Source: an uncultured Verrucomicrobiae bacterium (GTDB taxonomy: Bacteria; Verrucomicrobiota; Verrucomicrobiia; Chthoniobacterales; UBA10450). Taken from it: a DNA stretch of 64,000 bases. Below the pieces are notes generated by a model. That model worked only from the letters and a program-made list of their open reading frames with translations, had not been told where the DNA came from and did not search any database. Each line of letters opens with the position of its first letter. The first letter of the stretch is position 1. The stretch is taken from contig CAWIBO010000005.1 of the NCBI GenBank assembly GCA_963834385.1, forward strand, positions 480,001-544,000, given 5' to 3'. The translations under genes were made by a program, and so were the position numbers. Positions 51,963 through 59,743 of the stretch are shown one piece after another.

Positions 51963-52213
51963 CTACTCGTGCTCGTAATCGCGCCCCCCTCTTCCCCGGG
52001 GCGGATGTGAACGGTGATCAGTGATCGGTAATCAGTTCCCCCCCACGATTCACGATTCACGCGCCCGCCCCTCCCCTCTCCACTTAAAGCTTAACCACTT
52101 AACACTGAAAACTTCGCAAAGCATCCCGAGCGCGCGAGGACTCCAGACAACCACGGAGCGCGGCCGTCGGACACGCCCTCGCCGACTCAAAACTTAATCA
52201 CTTAAAACTTAAA
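51963..52213. repeat. Composite modular intergenic repeat, copy 1
   Basis: Modules CTACTCGTGCTCGTAATCGCG; a 39-nt block identical to 53024-53062; CACGATT runs; two CACTTAA-heptamer blocks around a degenerate ATCCCGAGCGCGCGAGGAC hairpin. Confidence 0.85.
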
Positions 52214-52227
52214 TCTTTCCGGCCGCA

Positions 52228-52560
52228 TCAATGCATCTGCAGCCGAAGAGTTTCAGCAATCTTGCGTGCTATGGCTACCCGCCGCGGCGCGGTCACCTTG
52301 CCGCGCCGCTCTCCAAATCCTGATTTCGGCAGCAGATACATCACGTCGCAGCGGACTGCGGTCTTCCAATCGAGACCATCGGCACCATTGAGGATCACTT
52401 CGTTCTTTTTCGCTTCGCGATTCACTTTCGCCGAAGTGCAGATCAGCGCATTCACATGGTCGAGATCGCCGTTTAGACAGCGTTCATCATTTGAGATGAT
52501 AACCGCGGGATGCGGCTTCTCCTCCTCGAAAGGAAAGAGATAAATCTCCCACTGCCTCAC
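52228..52560 (-). CDS. Type II TA toxin, PemK/MazF family endoribonuclease
   Basis: VRQWEIY..., KPHPAVIISND, DGLDWKTAVRCD...GKV; GTGA overlap with the antitoxin stop. Confidence 0.8.
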   Translation of the reverse strand: MRQWEIYLFPFEEEKPHPAVIISNDERCLNGDLDHVNALICTSAKVNREAKKNEVILNGADGLDWKTAVRCDVMYLLPKSGFGERRGKVTAPRRVAIARKIAETLRLQMH

Positions 52561-52799
52561 TTTACAATCTTCCGCGCTGACCGCGCGGCGAGCTTGTTCG
52601 ACTCCTTCGACTCGGACTTGCCGTAGCAATCGTCAAAATACCCATGCGGACGGATCGGCACGGGCTCAGGAATCTCCAGCCGCTTGAGGACGAGGAGCTT
52701 GGATTTGCGCACGATGACGATCTGTTCGCCTTCCAGTGCCCGGTCCGCGATTTCCCCGAGTCGTTGTTTCGCTTCGCTAATCGAAACCGTTGCCGGCAT
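52557..52799 (-). CDS. Type II TA antitoxin, Phd/YefM-like
   Basis: TVSISEAKQRLGEIADRALEGEQIVIVR, a Phd-type N-terminus. Confidence 0.78.
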   Translation of the reverse strand: MPATVSISEAKQRLGEIADRALEGEQIVIVRKSKLLVLKRLEIPEPVPIRPHGYFDDCYGKSESKESNKLAARSARKIVK

Positions 52800-52806
52800 G
52801 GTCCAT

Positions 52807-52823
52807 TCTGGTCCAGTTCCAGA
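52807..52823 (-). promoter_or_regulatory. Possible autoregulatory operator of the TA operon
   Basis: Inverted repeat TCTGG-N7-CCAGA immediately upstream of the antitoxin ATG. Confidence 0.3.
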
Positions 52824-52877
52824 CTAAAACAAGACTTCATTCCGTCTTCGGGAGTGCGCAAATGCTCGTGCCGGCCG

Positions 52878-53241
52878 CCCGGGGCGGCGGTGAGATCGGT
52901 GATCAGTGATCGGTAATCAGTTCCCCTCCCCACGATTCACGATTTAACGATCTAACGATTTAACGCGCCCCTTCCACTCGTGCTCGTGCTCCTACTCGTG
53001 CTCGTAATCGCGTCCCCCTCCCGTCTTCCCCGGGGCGGATGTGAACGGTGATCAGTGATCGGCAAACAGTTAATCCCTCGTTAAAGCTCAATCACTTAAC
53101 ACTTAAAACTTTCGCGAAGTCATCCTGAGCGCAGCGAAGGACCCCCCAAACAACCAACGAACCCCGCCCCAAAACTCGCCCACGGACGGCCAAACCACTT
53201 CCCCACCCACTTAAAGCTTAACACTTAACCACTTAAAACTT
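52878..53241. repeat. Composite modular intergenic repeat, copy 2
   Basis: CGGTGATCAGTGATCGG twice, CACGATT/TAACGAT runs, CTCGTG runs, CACTTAA blocks flanking GTCATCCTGAGCGCAGCGAAGGAC. Confidence 0.88.
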
Positions 53242-53244
53242 CCC

Positions 53245-53667
53245 TCACCCCCCTTCATCAGAAACAACCCCGTCTTCCAACGACCAGCCCACCTCCACCG
53301 TCACAGTGACTGCCTCCCCACCATCTCCCCCCGTGAACACAATAGAAAACGGCTGGCCCTTCCCCTGATAGTTTATGACGTCAATCAGGAAGTGACCATC
53401 GGTCGACCATAACCGCGCCAGTTTCTTTGGCGGGATCGCCACCTTCGTTCGCCCCACCAGGATGAGCGCCTCGACGATTCGAAACACCTTTTCCTCCTTT
53501 TCGAGGGCAACCCGATACCGTATCCGAGGCGCTGCTCCGCCGGCGCTCCGCGCAAGAAACTCCCTCGCCCCGACGCGCGTGATCTCCAATTCCTGCAATC
53601 CCGTCTCACCCCCGGCCACACCGGCGACCACGAACGACAGAACAAGATAACGGAGCAGCCCATGCAT
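53245..53667 (-). CDS. Exported protein, candidate immunity family A (orphan copy)
   Basis: Signal-like N-terminus; RLWSTDG and PFSIVFTGGDGGE shared with the gene at 59330-59740. Confidence 0.7.
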   Translation of the reverse strand: MHGLLRYLVLSFVVAGVAGGETGLQELEITRVGAREFLARSAGGAAPRIRYRVALEKEEKVFRIVEALILVGRTKVAIPPKKLARLWSTDGHFLIDVINYQGKGQPFSIVFTGGDGGEAVTVTVEVGWSLEDGVVSDEGG

Positions 53668-53695
53668 TACTGATTAAACCTCGCCTTTCTCATAT

Positions 53696-54097
53696 TCACG
53701 GATCTCGCAGGATCACCACCGCCACGATCGCTTCCTCGCGTGTCAGCTCCCGCCCGGCAAGAACAAATCGGGCCAGCCATTGCGCAAAGGTTGTTTGCTC
53801 GCCGCTTTCCGCTATTCGCGCCGCCGCGAGCGCACGCGCTTCCCGCACCAGAACGTCAAGTGAACGCCTTTGCTCCCGTCGAAGCTTCGACGCGAGATTC
53901 AAGTGTTCGTTATACGCAGCTCCTGCGTCGCTTAAATTTCTCGCGACCACGGCCGGCTCCCGAATGCCGAGGGAATCCTGGTAGGACTGATGCAGATGCG
54001 AGAAGCAGGCGCTGATGGAAACGTGATCCTCTTCCACGAATTCGTGGACGCACCCGCCGTGCAGGACCATCAGAAGAATCAGAATTGTCCGCTTCAT
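53696..54097 (-). CDS. Hypothetical lipoprotein, candidate immunity protein
   Basis: MKRTILILLMVLHGGC lipobox-like; helical mature part. Confidence 0.6.
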   Translation of the reverse strand: MKRTILILLMVLHGGCVHEFVEEDHVSISACFSHLHQSYQDSLGIREPAVVARNLSDAGAAYNEHLNLASKLRREQRRSLDVLVREARALAAARIAESGEQTTFAQWLARFVLAGRELTREEAIVAVVILRDP

Positions 54098-54137
54098 TTG
54101 CACTGTATCGTTTCTCTTGGCCCCCTTCCCTCCCCTC

Positions 54138-54326
54138 CTACTCGTAATCCTAATCGTGCTCGTAATCGCGTCCCCTCTCCACCCACTTAAAGCTTAATCA
54201 CTTAACACTTTAAACTTCCGCAAAGTCATCCTGAGCGCAGCGAAGGACCCCCCAAACCACCGAAAAGACTCTGCCACCGGACAGCCCCCCCCCACTTAAA
54301 GCTTAATCACTTAACACTTAAAACTT
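54138..54326. repeat. Composite modular intergenic repeat, copy 3
   Basis: CTCGTAAT/CTCGTG module; two near-identical 34-nt CACTTAAAGCTTAATCACTTAACACTT(T/A)AAACTT blocks (54184-54217, 54293-54326) flanking GTCATCCTGAGCGCAGCGAAGGAC. Confidence 0.88.
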
Positions 54327-54379
54327 CTCCTAAAAGTTGTCGGAGAAGTTGCCGCAGGGCAGGCCAATAAACATTCGAA

Positions 54380-54724
54380 TCAACGCCTTTGTTGAAGGAG
54401 CTCTTTGTAATGCTTCGCTCTCAATTCGGTGAGCGTTGCCAAATGCTGCAAGTAATCCAGGCCGTAGGCGCTTCCGCCTTCCGACTGAAGGCTGGCGATG
54501 GCAGCCGCCTCTGCTTCGGCGAACGTTTCCCACCGTTTTTGCGCGGTCTTCAAGTTCTCAACGGCAACCTGATCGGTCGTTGCTTTGAGAAGAAGTTCAA
54601 AGTTCGTTTTCAATTCCATCTGTTGCCGCCGCAACTCTTCCTTGGCACGATCTTTAACATCTTCGTGCGGGATAATTCCCGTTGCGAGCAGACACAGGCT
54701 AACGATCAATTGAACGCGCATCAT
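54380..54724 (-). CDS. LprI/DUF1311-like exported protein (lysozyme-inhibitor-like), family B
   Basis: Signal peptide; LKTAQKRWETFAEAE...GGSAYG...LTELRAKHY resembles L..AQ.AW...RD..C...GGS...C...LT..R. Confidence 0.65.
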   Translation of the reverse strand: MMRVQLIVSLCLLATGIIPHEDVKDRAKEELRRQQMELKTNFELLLKATTDQVAVENLKTAQKRWETFAEAEAAAIASLQSEGGSAYGLDYLQHLATLTELRAKHYKELLQQRR

Positions 54725-54725
54725 C

Positions 54726-55227
54726 CTACGGATCCCACGTCCCCGCCTTCGTCCGTGCCTCGACCAACATCGACAAACGACAATAAGTGGACTGCCGCAC
54801 CCCATCCTTCCTCAACCGTTCAACCATCCTGGCCACCTGCGGCTCTGCCCTCCCGCGCTCCACCAACCACCAGGTCAACCCGTTCTTTCGCGCCGCCCTC
54901 TCCAGATGCTGAATGATCCCCTTGGGAGTCGACCCGCTCTGCCAATTTAGAAATCTCCTCCTCGAGAGCACCCGCCAACAAGAAATACTGCCCTGGCATC
55001 CCAGCGGGTTCGTCATCCCGCGGAAAAAGGCCGAGCCGCATCGCCTCATCCACCGTCGCGTCGTCAAGCGTCTTCGGCGGATAAAAGTCTTCACGGTTGA
55101 ACAGCACCTCGTAAAGAAGGCTTACCTGCTCCTTCGGCCCCGCCGCCCGTTCTTCCCCGCTCGCAGCAGTCACCCCCACCACAGCCCACAGAATGACCGA
55201 CAGACCCACACGGACCGACGACTTCAT
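54726..55227 (-). CDS. Exported protein family C, copy 2 (+1 indel near 54925)
   Basis: Signal peptide MKSSVRVGLSVILWAV; LDDATVDEAMRLGLFPRDDEP and LTWWLVERGR...STYCRLS...KAGTWDP shared with copy 1. Confidence 0.72.
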
Positions 55228-55382
55228 GCCAAAGGAGAATAGCCGGTGGCGCACCGCGCTCCAATCACCATCTTAGAAGACCGTCATCGAGGCCGAGATG
55301 GGGCGACAGACCAGCATCAGAGAGACGGCGAGTCCCAGTCCGGCAAGGTATAGCCTAAGTGTTCCAACGCGCCCATCACATC

Positions 55383-55901
55383 CTACGGATCCCAGGTCCC
55401 TGCTTTCGTTCTCTTCTCCACGAGATAGGAGAGCCGGCAGTACGTGGACTGCTTTGCCCCATTCTTTCTCAAGCTCTGCACGATTCTATCGACCGCCGGA
55501 TCCTTCCGCCCGCGTTCAACCAGCCACCATGTCAGACCCTTCTGATGCGCCACCGTCTCCAGTTGTCGGATTACCGCCCGCGAGTCGAGCCGCTCTGCCA
55601 ATCTCGAAATTTCCTCATCGAGAGCGGCCGCCAACATTTCATACTGTCCCGGCAGCCCCGGGGGTTCGTCATCCCGCGGGAAAAGGCCCAACCGCATCGC
55701 CTCGTCCACCGTCGCGTCGTCAAGCGAGGCGGGAAATGGAAAGTCTTCACGTGCGAACAGCACTCCATAGATCTGTCTCAGTTGACCATCGACGCTTCGA
55801 GCTCGCTCGAGTGCCAGGGAAGCATCCGGACAGGCAACAGCTGCCAGGCCCAGATAAACGCCGGTCATCACAGCTCGGGTTGTGCGTCGAAATGTCAGCA
55901 T
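55383..55901 (-). CDS. Exported protein family C, copy 1
   Basis: Intact ORF paralogous to 54726-55227; hydrophobic N-terminus. Confidence 0.72.
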   Translation of the reverse strand: MLTFRRTTRAVMTGVYLGLAAVACPDASLALERARSVDGQLRQIYGVLFAREDFPFPASLDDATVDEAMRLGLFPRDDEPPGLPGQYEMLAAALDEEISRLAERLDSRAVIRQLETVAHQKGLTWWLVERGRKDPAVDRIVQSLRKNGAKQSTYCRLSYLVEKRTKAGTWDP

Positions 55902-56059
55902 GCCTAAAGACCGGTTGTGGAGTTGGAACCCCGACACCATCTCCTCCCTTAGAATCAATTCTTCTTCGGAGCTAACAAGACCAAACTGCCCGGCCATTCG
56001 GGCAGCACTCCCTATGGACGCGATTCCGCATCGGAAATGCCTGCAGGGCGACTCAGACG

Positions 56060-56704
56060 CTACTTCTTGTTCGACGACCGGTTCTCCAAATACCACTTAA
56101 GCGCATTTGTTCTCAGGCGCGCCGCCAGGACTTCTTTTTCGAGCATCCTTTCATCCACTCCCGCCGCACGTTCCCAGAAAAAACCGGCCAGCGTAGCCCC
56201 ATATTCCCTCCTCAACCGCGCGAGATCTTCGAGGGCCTGCTCGCGCGATTGCAATCCCCCCTGGGGCGTCTGTCTCAAGACATGGATCAACGCGTAAGGC
56301 ACCTTCGATGTCACCAGGCGGTATGACGCGGCACTCGCGGCGCCGTCAGGAGAAAACGAATTCAGCTTTTCCTTTGCCCGGTGCCCCTCGAAATCGTTTT
56401 CAAGCACCACCAGCTCTTGATAAAGCCAATTCTTGGTTGCGCTGTCCGACTTGAGTTTTCGGAATTCAGCGAGCAGCACAGGCTCCCATTCCTTGTCCTC
56501 AAGGGCGAACCGCGCCCGATCAGTCGGAAACGGACCCGCGCGCAACGGATACATATAACTTTGCGCCGCGTCATGATCATTATCCGAAACGAGGGGCGCT
56601 TTCAGCCAGTCTCGGAGTTTACCATCCAACTCTTGTGTGTGCGCCAGGGGGCCTGCTACCGCCCACAGGCTACAAACCAATGCAATCTCTCTTATCCGGA
56701 TCAT
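56060..56704 (-). CDS. Exported hypothetical protein, candidate immunity protein
   Basis: 214 aa, signal peptide MIRIREIALVCSLWAVAGPLAHT; co-oriented in the array. Confidence 0.65.
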   Translation of the reverse strand: MIRIREIALVCSLWAVAGPLAHTQELDGKLRDWLKAPLVSDNDHDAAQSYMYPLRAGPFPTDRARFALEDKEWEPVLLAEFRKLKSDSATKNWLYQELVVLENDFEGHRAKEKLNSFSPDGAASAASYRLVTSKVPYALIHVLRQTPQGGLQSREQALEDLARLRREYGATLAGFFWERAAGVDERMLEKEVLAARLRTNALKWYLENRSSNKK

Positions 56705-56781
56705 CCAAAGACTGGGAGGGCGCGAGGCTCAACAGGCAATGTCTGCGAGGAGGGGGACCTCGCTTACCCTCAAACTTAGAA

Positions 56782-57310
56782 TCACTCGCGAGGAAGTTCC
56801 ACAAAGCGTTTCCCGCGCAGTTGAAACCGCCGCGTCTTTTTGCCCGCCACGCCGGAAACGGTCATTACGCCGTCAGGAGCCAGAGAGATGATGCTGTGAG
56901 GCGCAATCTTGAAAGGAAATAGGTCCCTGGTGACGTCACGCCAGCCGGTATCCGTGAACCGGAGCCCGGAGACAGTGTAGCCGATCGGATGTTCACCGTC
57001 TTTGAAAAGGATCACCCGCTCAGTCCCGGCGACGACCAGGATGGTCTGGTTGTCGATCCGCAGGATCTGGATTGTCTGCTGCGCGCCCGAGCCCGCGATG
57101 TCCAGGAAATCATTTCTGCATTCCGCGGCGCAGTTGCTGCGAATGAAAGCCTCCCGATACTCCACCCCAATCTCCCAATAATCTTCCGCCGGCAACCTCA
57201 GGGCGAGTTGAACCAGGGACAACCGTTCGCCCGCGCAGATGGCCGTGCATCAGCAGGACCAGAGCGATGAGGATGAGCGGTGCTGCTTTTAGTCTGATTG
57301 CGCCCGTCAT
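56782..57310 (-). CDS. Exported protein family E (+1 indel near 57250)
   Basis: Signal MTGAIRLKAAPLILIALVLL joins frame ..TAICAGERLSLVQLAL; GWRDVTRDLFP; partial paralogue at 59129-59320. Confidence 0.65.
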
Positions 57311-57400
57311 AAAGGTAGAAGCCGCCGACCGGATCCGCTCGGCGACTCAATTAAAACGCCGAGTTCGCACTGACTGATCCTGGACTTTTCGGCGCGCGTT

Positions 57401-57898
57401 TCAAGGAGTCACTGGTGTAAAACCGGCAATGATCCGCTCGATTTCATCGGCCTCCGACTCTGATGTTACAGTGGCAACGAAGTTGGTTGGTCCATTCGGA
57501 TAGGAAATGTAGAGCTTTTTCTGTTTGAGCTTTTTGTCCTCGGCGAAGGTGGTGATTCTCCGTGCGGGGCCAGTGCCCGAGCTTTTGGACCAAACGACCG
57601 TGTAATGACGTGACTCCAGTTCCGCCGGCTCGGCGAACACCTGCGTTGGCATCCCGAAGGCCGAGCCGCAGGAGAAACCGATTCGAAGTCCAGAATTACG
57701 ATTTACCAGCGTTCCGGTGGCCACCGGAGTATCTCGATTCCGATCAGCCTGAAGAGTGTATCCGGGCGGGAGAATGATGCTGCCACAAGCGAAGCCCATG
57801 CGCGTGGGTCCGTTGTTGGTGGTGCAACCGAAAGGCATTCCCAAAAGCAACACCATCGAACCCACCCGCCATAACCGCTTTAAATAAACAGAAAGCAT
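57401..57898 (-). CDS. Hypothetical lipoprotein, candidate immunity protein
   Basis: MVLLLGMPFGC lipobox-like; 165 aa. Confidence 0.62.
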   Translation of the reverse strand: MLSVYLKRLWRVGSMVLLLGMPFGCTTNNGPTRMGFACGSIILPPGYTLQADRNRDTPVATGTLVNRNSGLRIGFSCGSAFGMPTQVFAEPAELESRHYTVVWSKSSGTGPARRITTFAEDKKLKQKKLYISYPNGPTNFVATVTSESEADEIERIIAGFTPVTP

Positions 57899-57986
57899 GA
57901 CTCATCGTGCCTTCCGTCCCTCTACCGGCACATTCGGCTTGTGGTGGAGCAAAATGACGTTATATCAATGGCGCCGCCGTCGCCGT

Positions 57987-58373
57987 TCACCGTCCGGCCG
58001 CCGCCGTATAGGGGTAAGTCGCCGGTTGCCAACCAGCGTAGTCCAAAGCCGAGATCACCGCCTTTCGCGTGGCGAAGTTTTCCCTTGTTAGCAAGTTTGC
58101 AAAGCTCATGTCGCCAATCTCGTTCAACAATTGCAAAAGCGAGGTGCTGTGAACTTCGGCCATGACGCCGACATACTCGGGCCTGGTGGTGAACCGAAAT
58201 ATCCATTTGATGGCTGATGTGTCGCCGCCTCTCGAAAGATTCAATTTCTTCGAGTATGCCTTCTCCGCAGCCGCGAATGGTGCTCCCGATCTCCTTGGTG
58301 ATTCAAGGTTGGACACACATCCGGTCGTCGCGATCAGGACCAGTGAATAGAGTAAGCCGCGTGTGAACCTCAT
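57987..58373 (-). CDS. Hypothetical lipoprotein, candidate immunity protein
   Basis: MRFTRGLLYSLVLIATTGC lipobox; helical mature part. Confidence 0.65.
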   Translation of the reverse strand: MRFTRGLLYSLVLIATTGCVSNLESPRRSGAPFAAAEKAYSKKLNLSRGGDTSAIKWIFRFTTRPEYVGVMAEVHSTSLLQLLNEIGDMSFANLLTRENFATRKAVISALDYAGWQPATYPYTAAAGR

Positions 58374-58416
58374 TGGCGCTTTGCCACCCTGGCACAGAGG
58401 GCGGCCAAATGGTTTT

Positions 58417-58750
58417 TCATGACTGGAGCAGATCCTTGTAATGCTTCGCCCTAGCTTTGGTCAGAATCGCCAGGTGCCGCAGGTAATCAAGCCCCATAGG
58501 CGCTCCCCCTTCCGATTGAAGGCTGGCGAAAGCAGCCGCCTCTGCTTCGGCGAAGGTTTCCCACCGTTTTTGCGCGGTTTTCAAATTCTCAACGGCAACC
58601 TCGTCGATCGATGCTTTGAGAAGAAGTTCAAAGTCCGTTTCCACTTCGATCTGCTGCCGCTGTAACTCTCCCGGCAGGATCTTTTACAGTTTCGTGCGGG
58701 ATAATTCCCGTTGCGAGCATGTACAGGCTAACGATCAATTGAACGCAGAT
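58417..58750 (-). pseudogene. Degenerate paralogue of LprI-like family B
   Basis: FELLLKA..D.VAVENLKTAQKRWETFAEAEAAA nearly identical to 54380-54724, but the start ATG is lost and the N-terminus is frameshifted. Confidence 0.75.
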
Positions 58751-59128
58751 CTCCTACCGATTCCAATTCATCGGTTTCGGGTCTGGATTGGAAAGAAGTC
58801 GCACATGTTCGTGCCCTTCACGCCTCGATCTCGAAATATAGCCCGGCGTCTCCTCTTGTAGGAATCTCTGCCTCCGCCAGCCCCCACCGAGGCTTCGACA
58901 AGTTCAGTTTTCCATCGAAGGCTGAATGTAATCGTGGGTGAGGTAGAAACCTTCTACACCCAAGACTGGAGGTTGGCGCGAGCAAATCGCGGATGATCTG
59001 AACAGCTGTAGCCGGTCGAAAACCTAAGACGCACCTCGTCGGACGCCCCACTGCGCACATCGTCGAGCGGATCTTTGTTGAGATCTGACTTCGGCGAGAA
59101 GGGGCCATCCGTACGCATGCGATTCTAA

Positions 59129-59320
59129 CTAGTCGCGACGAAGTTCCACAAAGCGTTTTTCGCGTAGTTGAAACGGCCGCGTCTTTTGGCCCGCCTCATC
59201 GGTCGGTCATTACGCCGTCAGGAGCCAGAGAAACCATGCTGTGAGGCGCATTCTTGAAAGCAAACAGGTCCTTGGTGACATCCCGCCAGCCGGTCTCCGC
59301 AAACCGGAGCCCGAAGACCG
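59129..59320 (-). pseudogene. 3' fragment of a family E gene
   Basis: VFGLRFAETGWRDVTKDLFAFKNAPHSMVSLAPDGVMT...VELRRD* versus VSGLRFTDTGWRDVTRDLFPFKIAPHSIISLAPDGVMT...VELPRE*. Confidence 0.8.
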
Positions 59321-59329
59321 CTCACCGCA

Positions 59330-59740
59330 CGTAAAAACCAAATCAGGTGACCAGTCATCTCGCCATCACTGTTACTGTCTTCCCCGCCATCACCTCCCGT
59401 GAACACGATTGAAAAGGGCTTACCGCGGCCCCTATAATCAATGATGTCGACCACCAAATAACCGTCCGTCGACCATAACCGTGAAGGCTTGCTTATCGGG
59501 ATCTGTAAAATCTTTCTCTCGATCAGGACCACCGCTTCTACAAGACGGTAGACGTCCTCCTTCTTGTCAGGCGCGATCCAATACTGAACCTCAGGAACCC
59601 TGTTGCTGTTCACTCGCGGCATCAAACTCCGTCTTACCAATTCGTTTCACAGGCAGTGGTTGGAGGTTAACTTCCCTTCCAGTGACGCACGCTGCGGCCA
59701 TTAGGGGAACAAGAATCAAATAGTGCTTTAAATCGTTCAT
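59330..59740 (-). CDS. Family A exported/lipoprotein, probable cognate immunity gene of the Rhs toxin (frameshifted)
   Basis: ATG 59740: MNDLKHYLILVPLMAAACVTGREVNLQPLPVKRIGKTEF, then shift to ...RLWSTDGY...PFSIVFTGGDGGE; begins 3 nt after TAA TAG. Confidence 0.65.
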
Positions 59741-59743
59741 CTG

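Noticed and set aside
51941..52230. tRNA gene or att site at the island boundary
   Set aside because: No cloverleaf, T-loop GTTCRA or matching att duplication was recognised
52081..54326. 34-nt CACTTAA blocks as a CRISPR array
   Set aside because: They occur only in pairs, are internally heptameric, the 70-96 nt intervening sequences share a conserved hairpin, whole genes lie between pairs, and no cas genes are present
58770..59120. 96-aa ORF 58818-59108 as a gene or orphan toxin tip
   Set aside because: No signal peptide, no Rhs DPxG motif and no recognisable family; at most a decayed remnant
53245..59740. Integron cassette array
   Set aside because: I found no RYYYAAC...GTTRRRY attC-like palindromes between the genes and no integrase in the window; an IntegronFinder run would settle it
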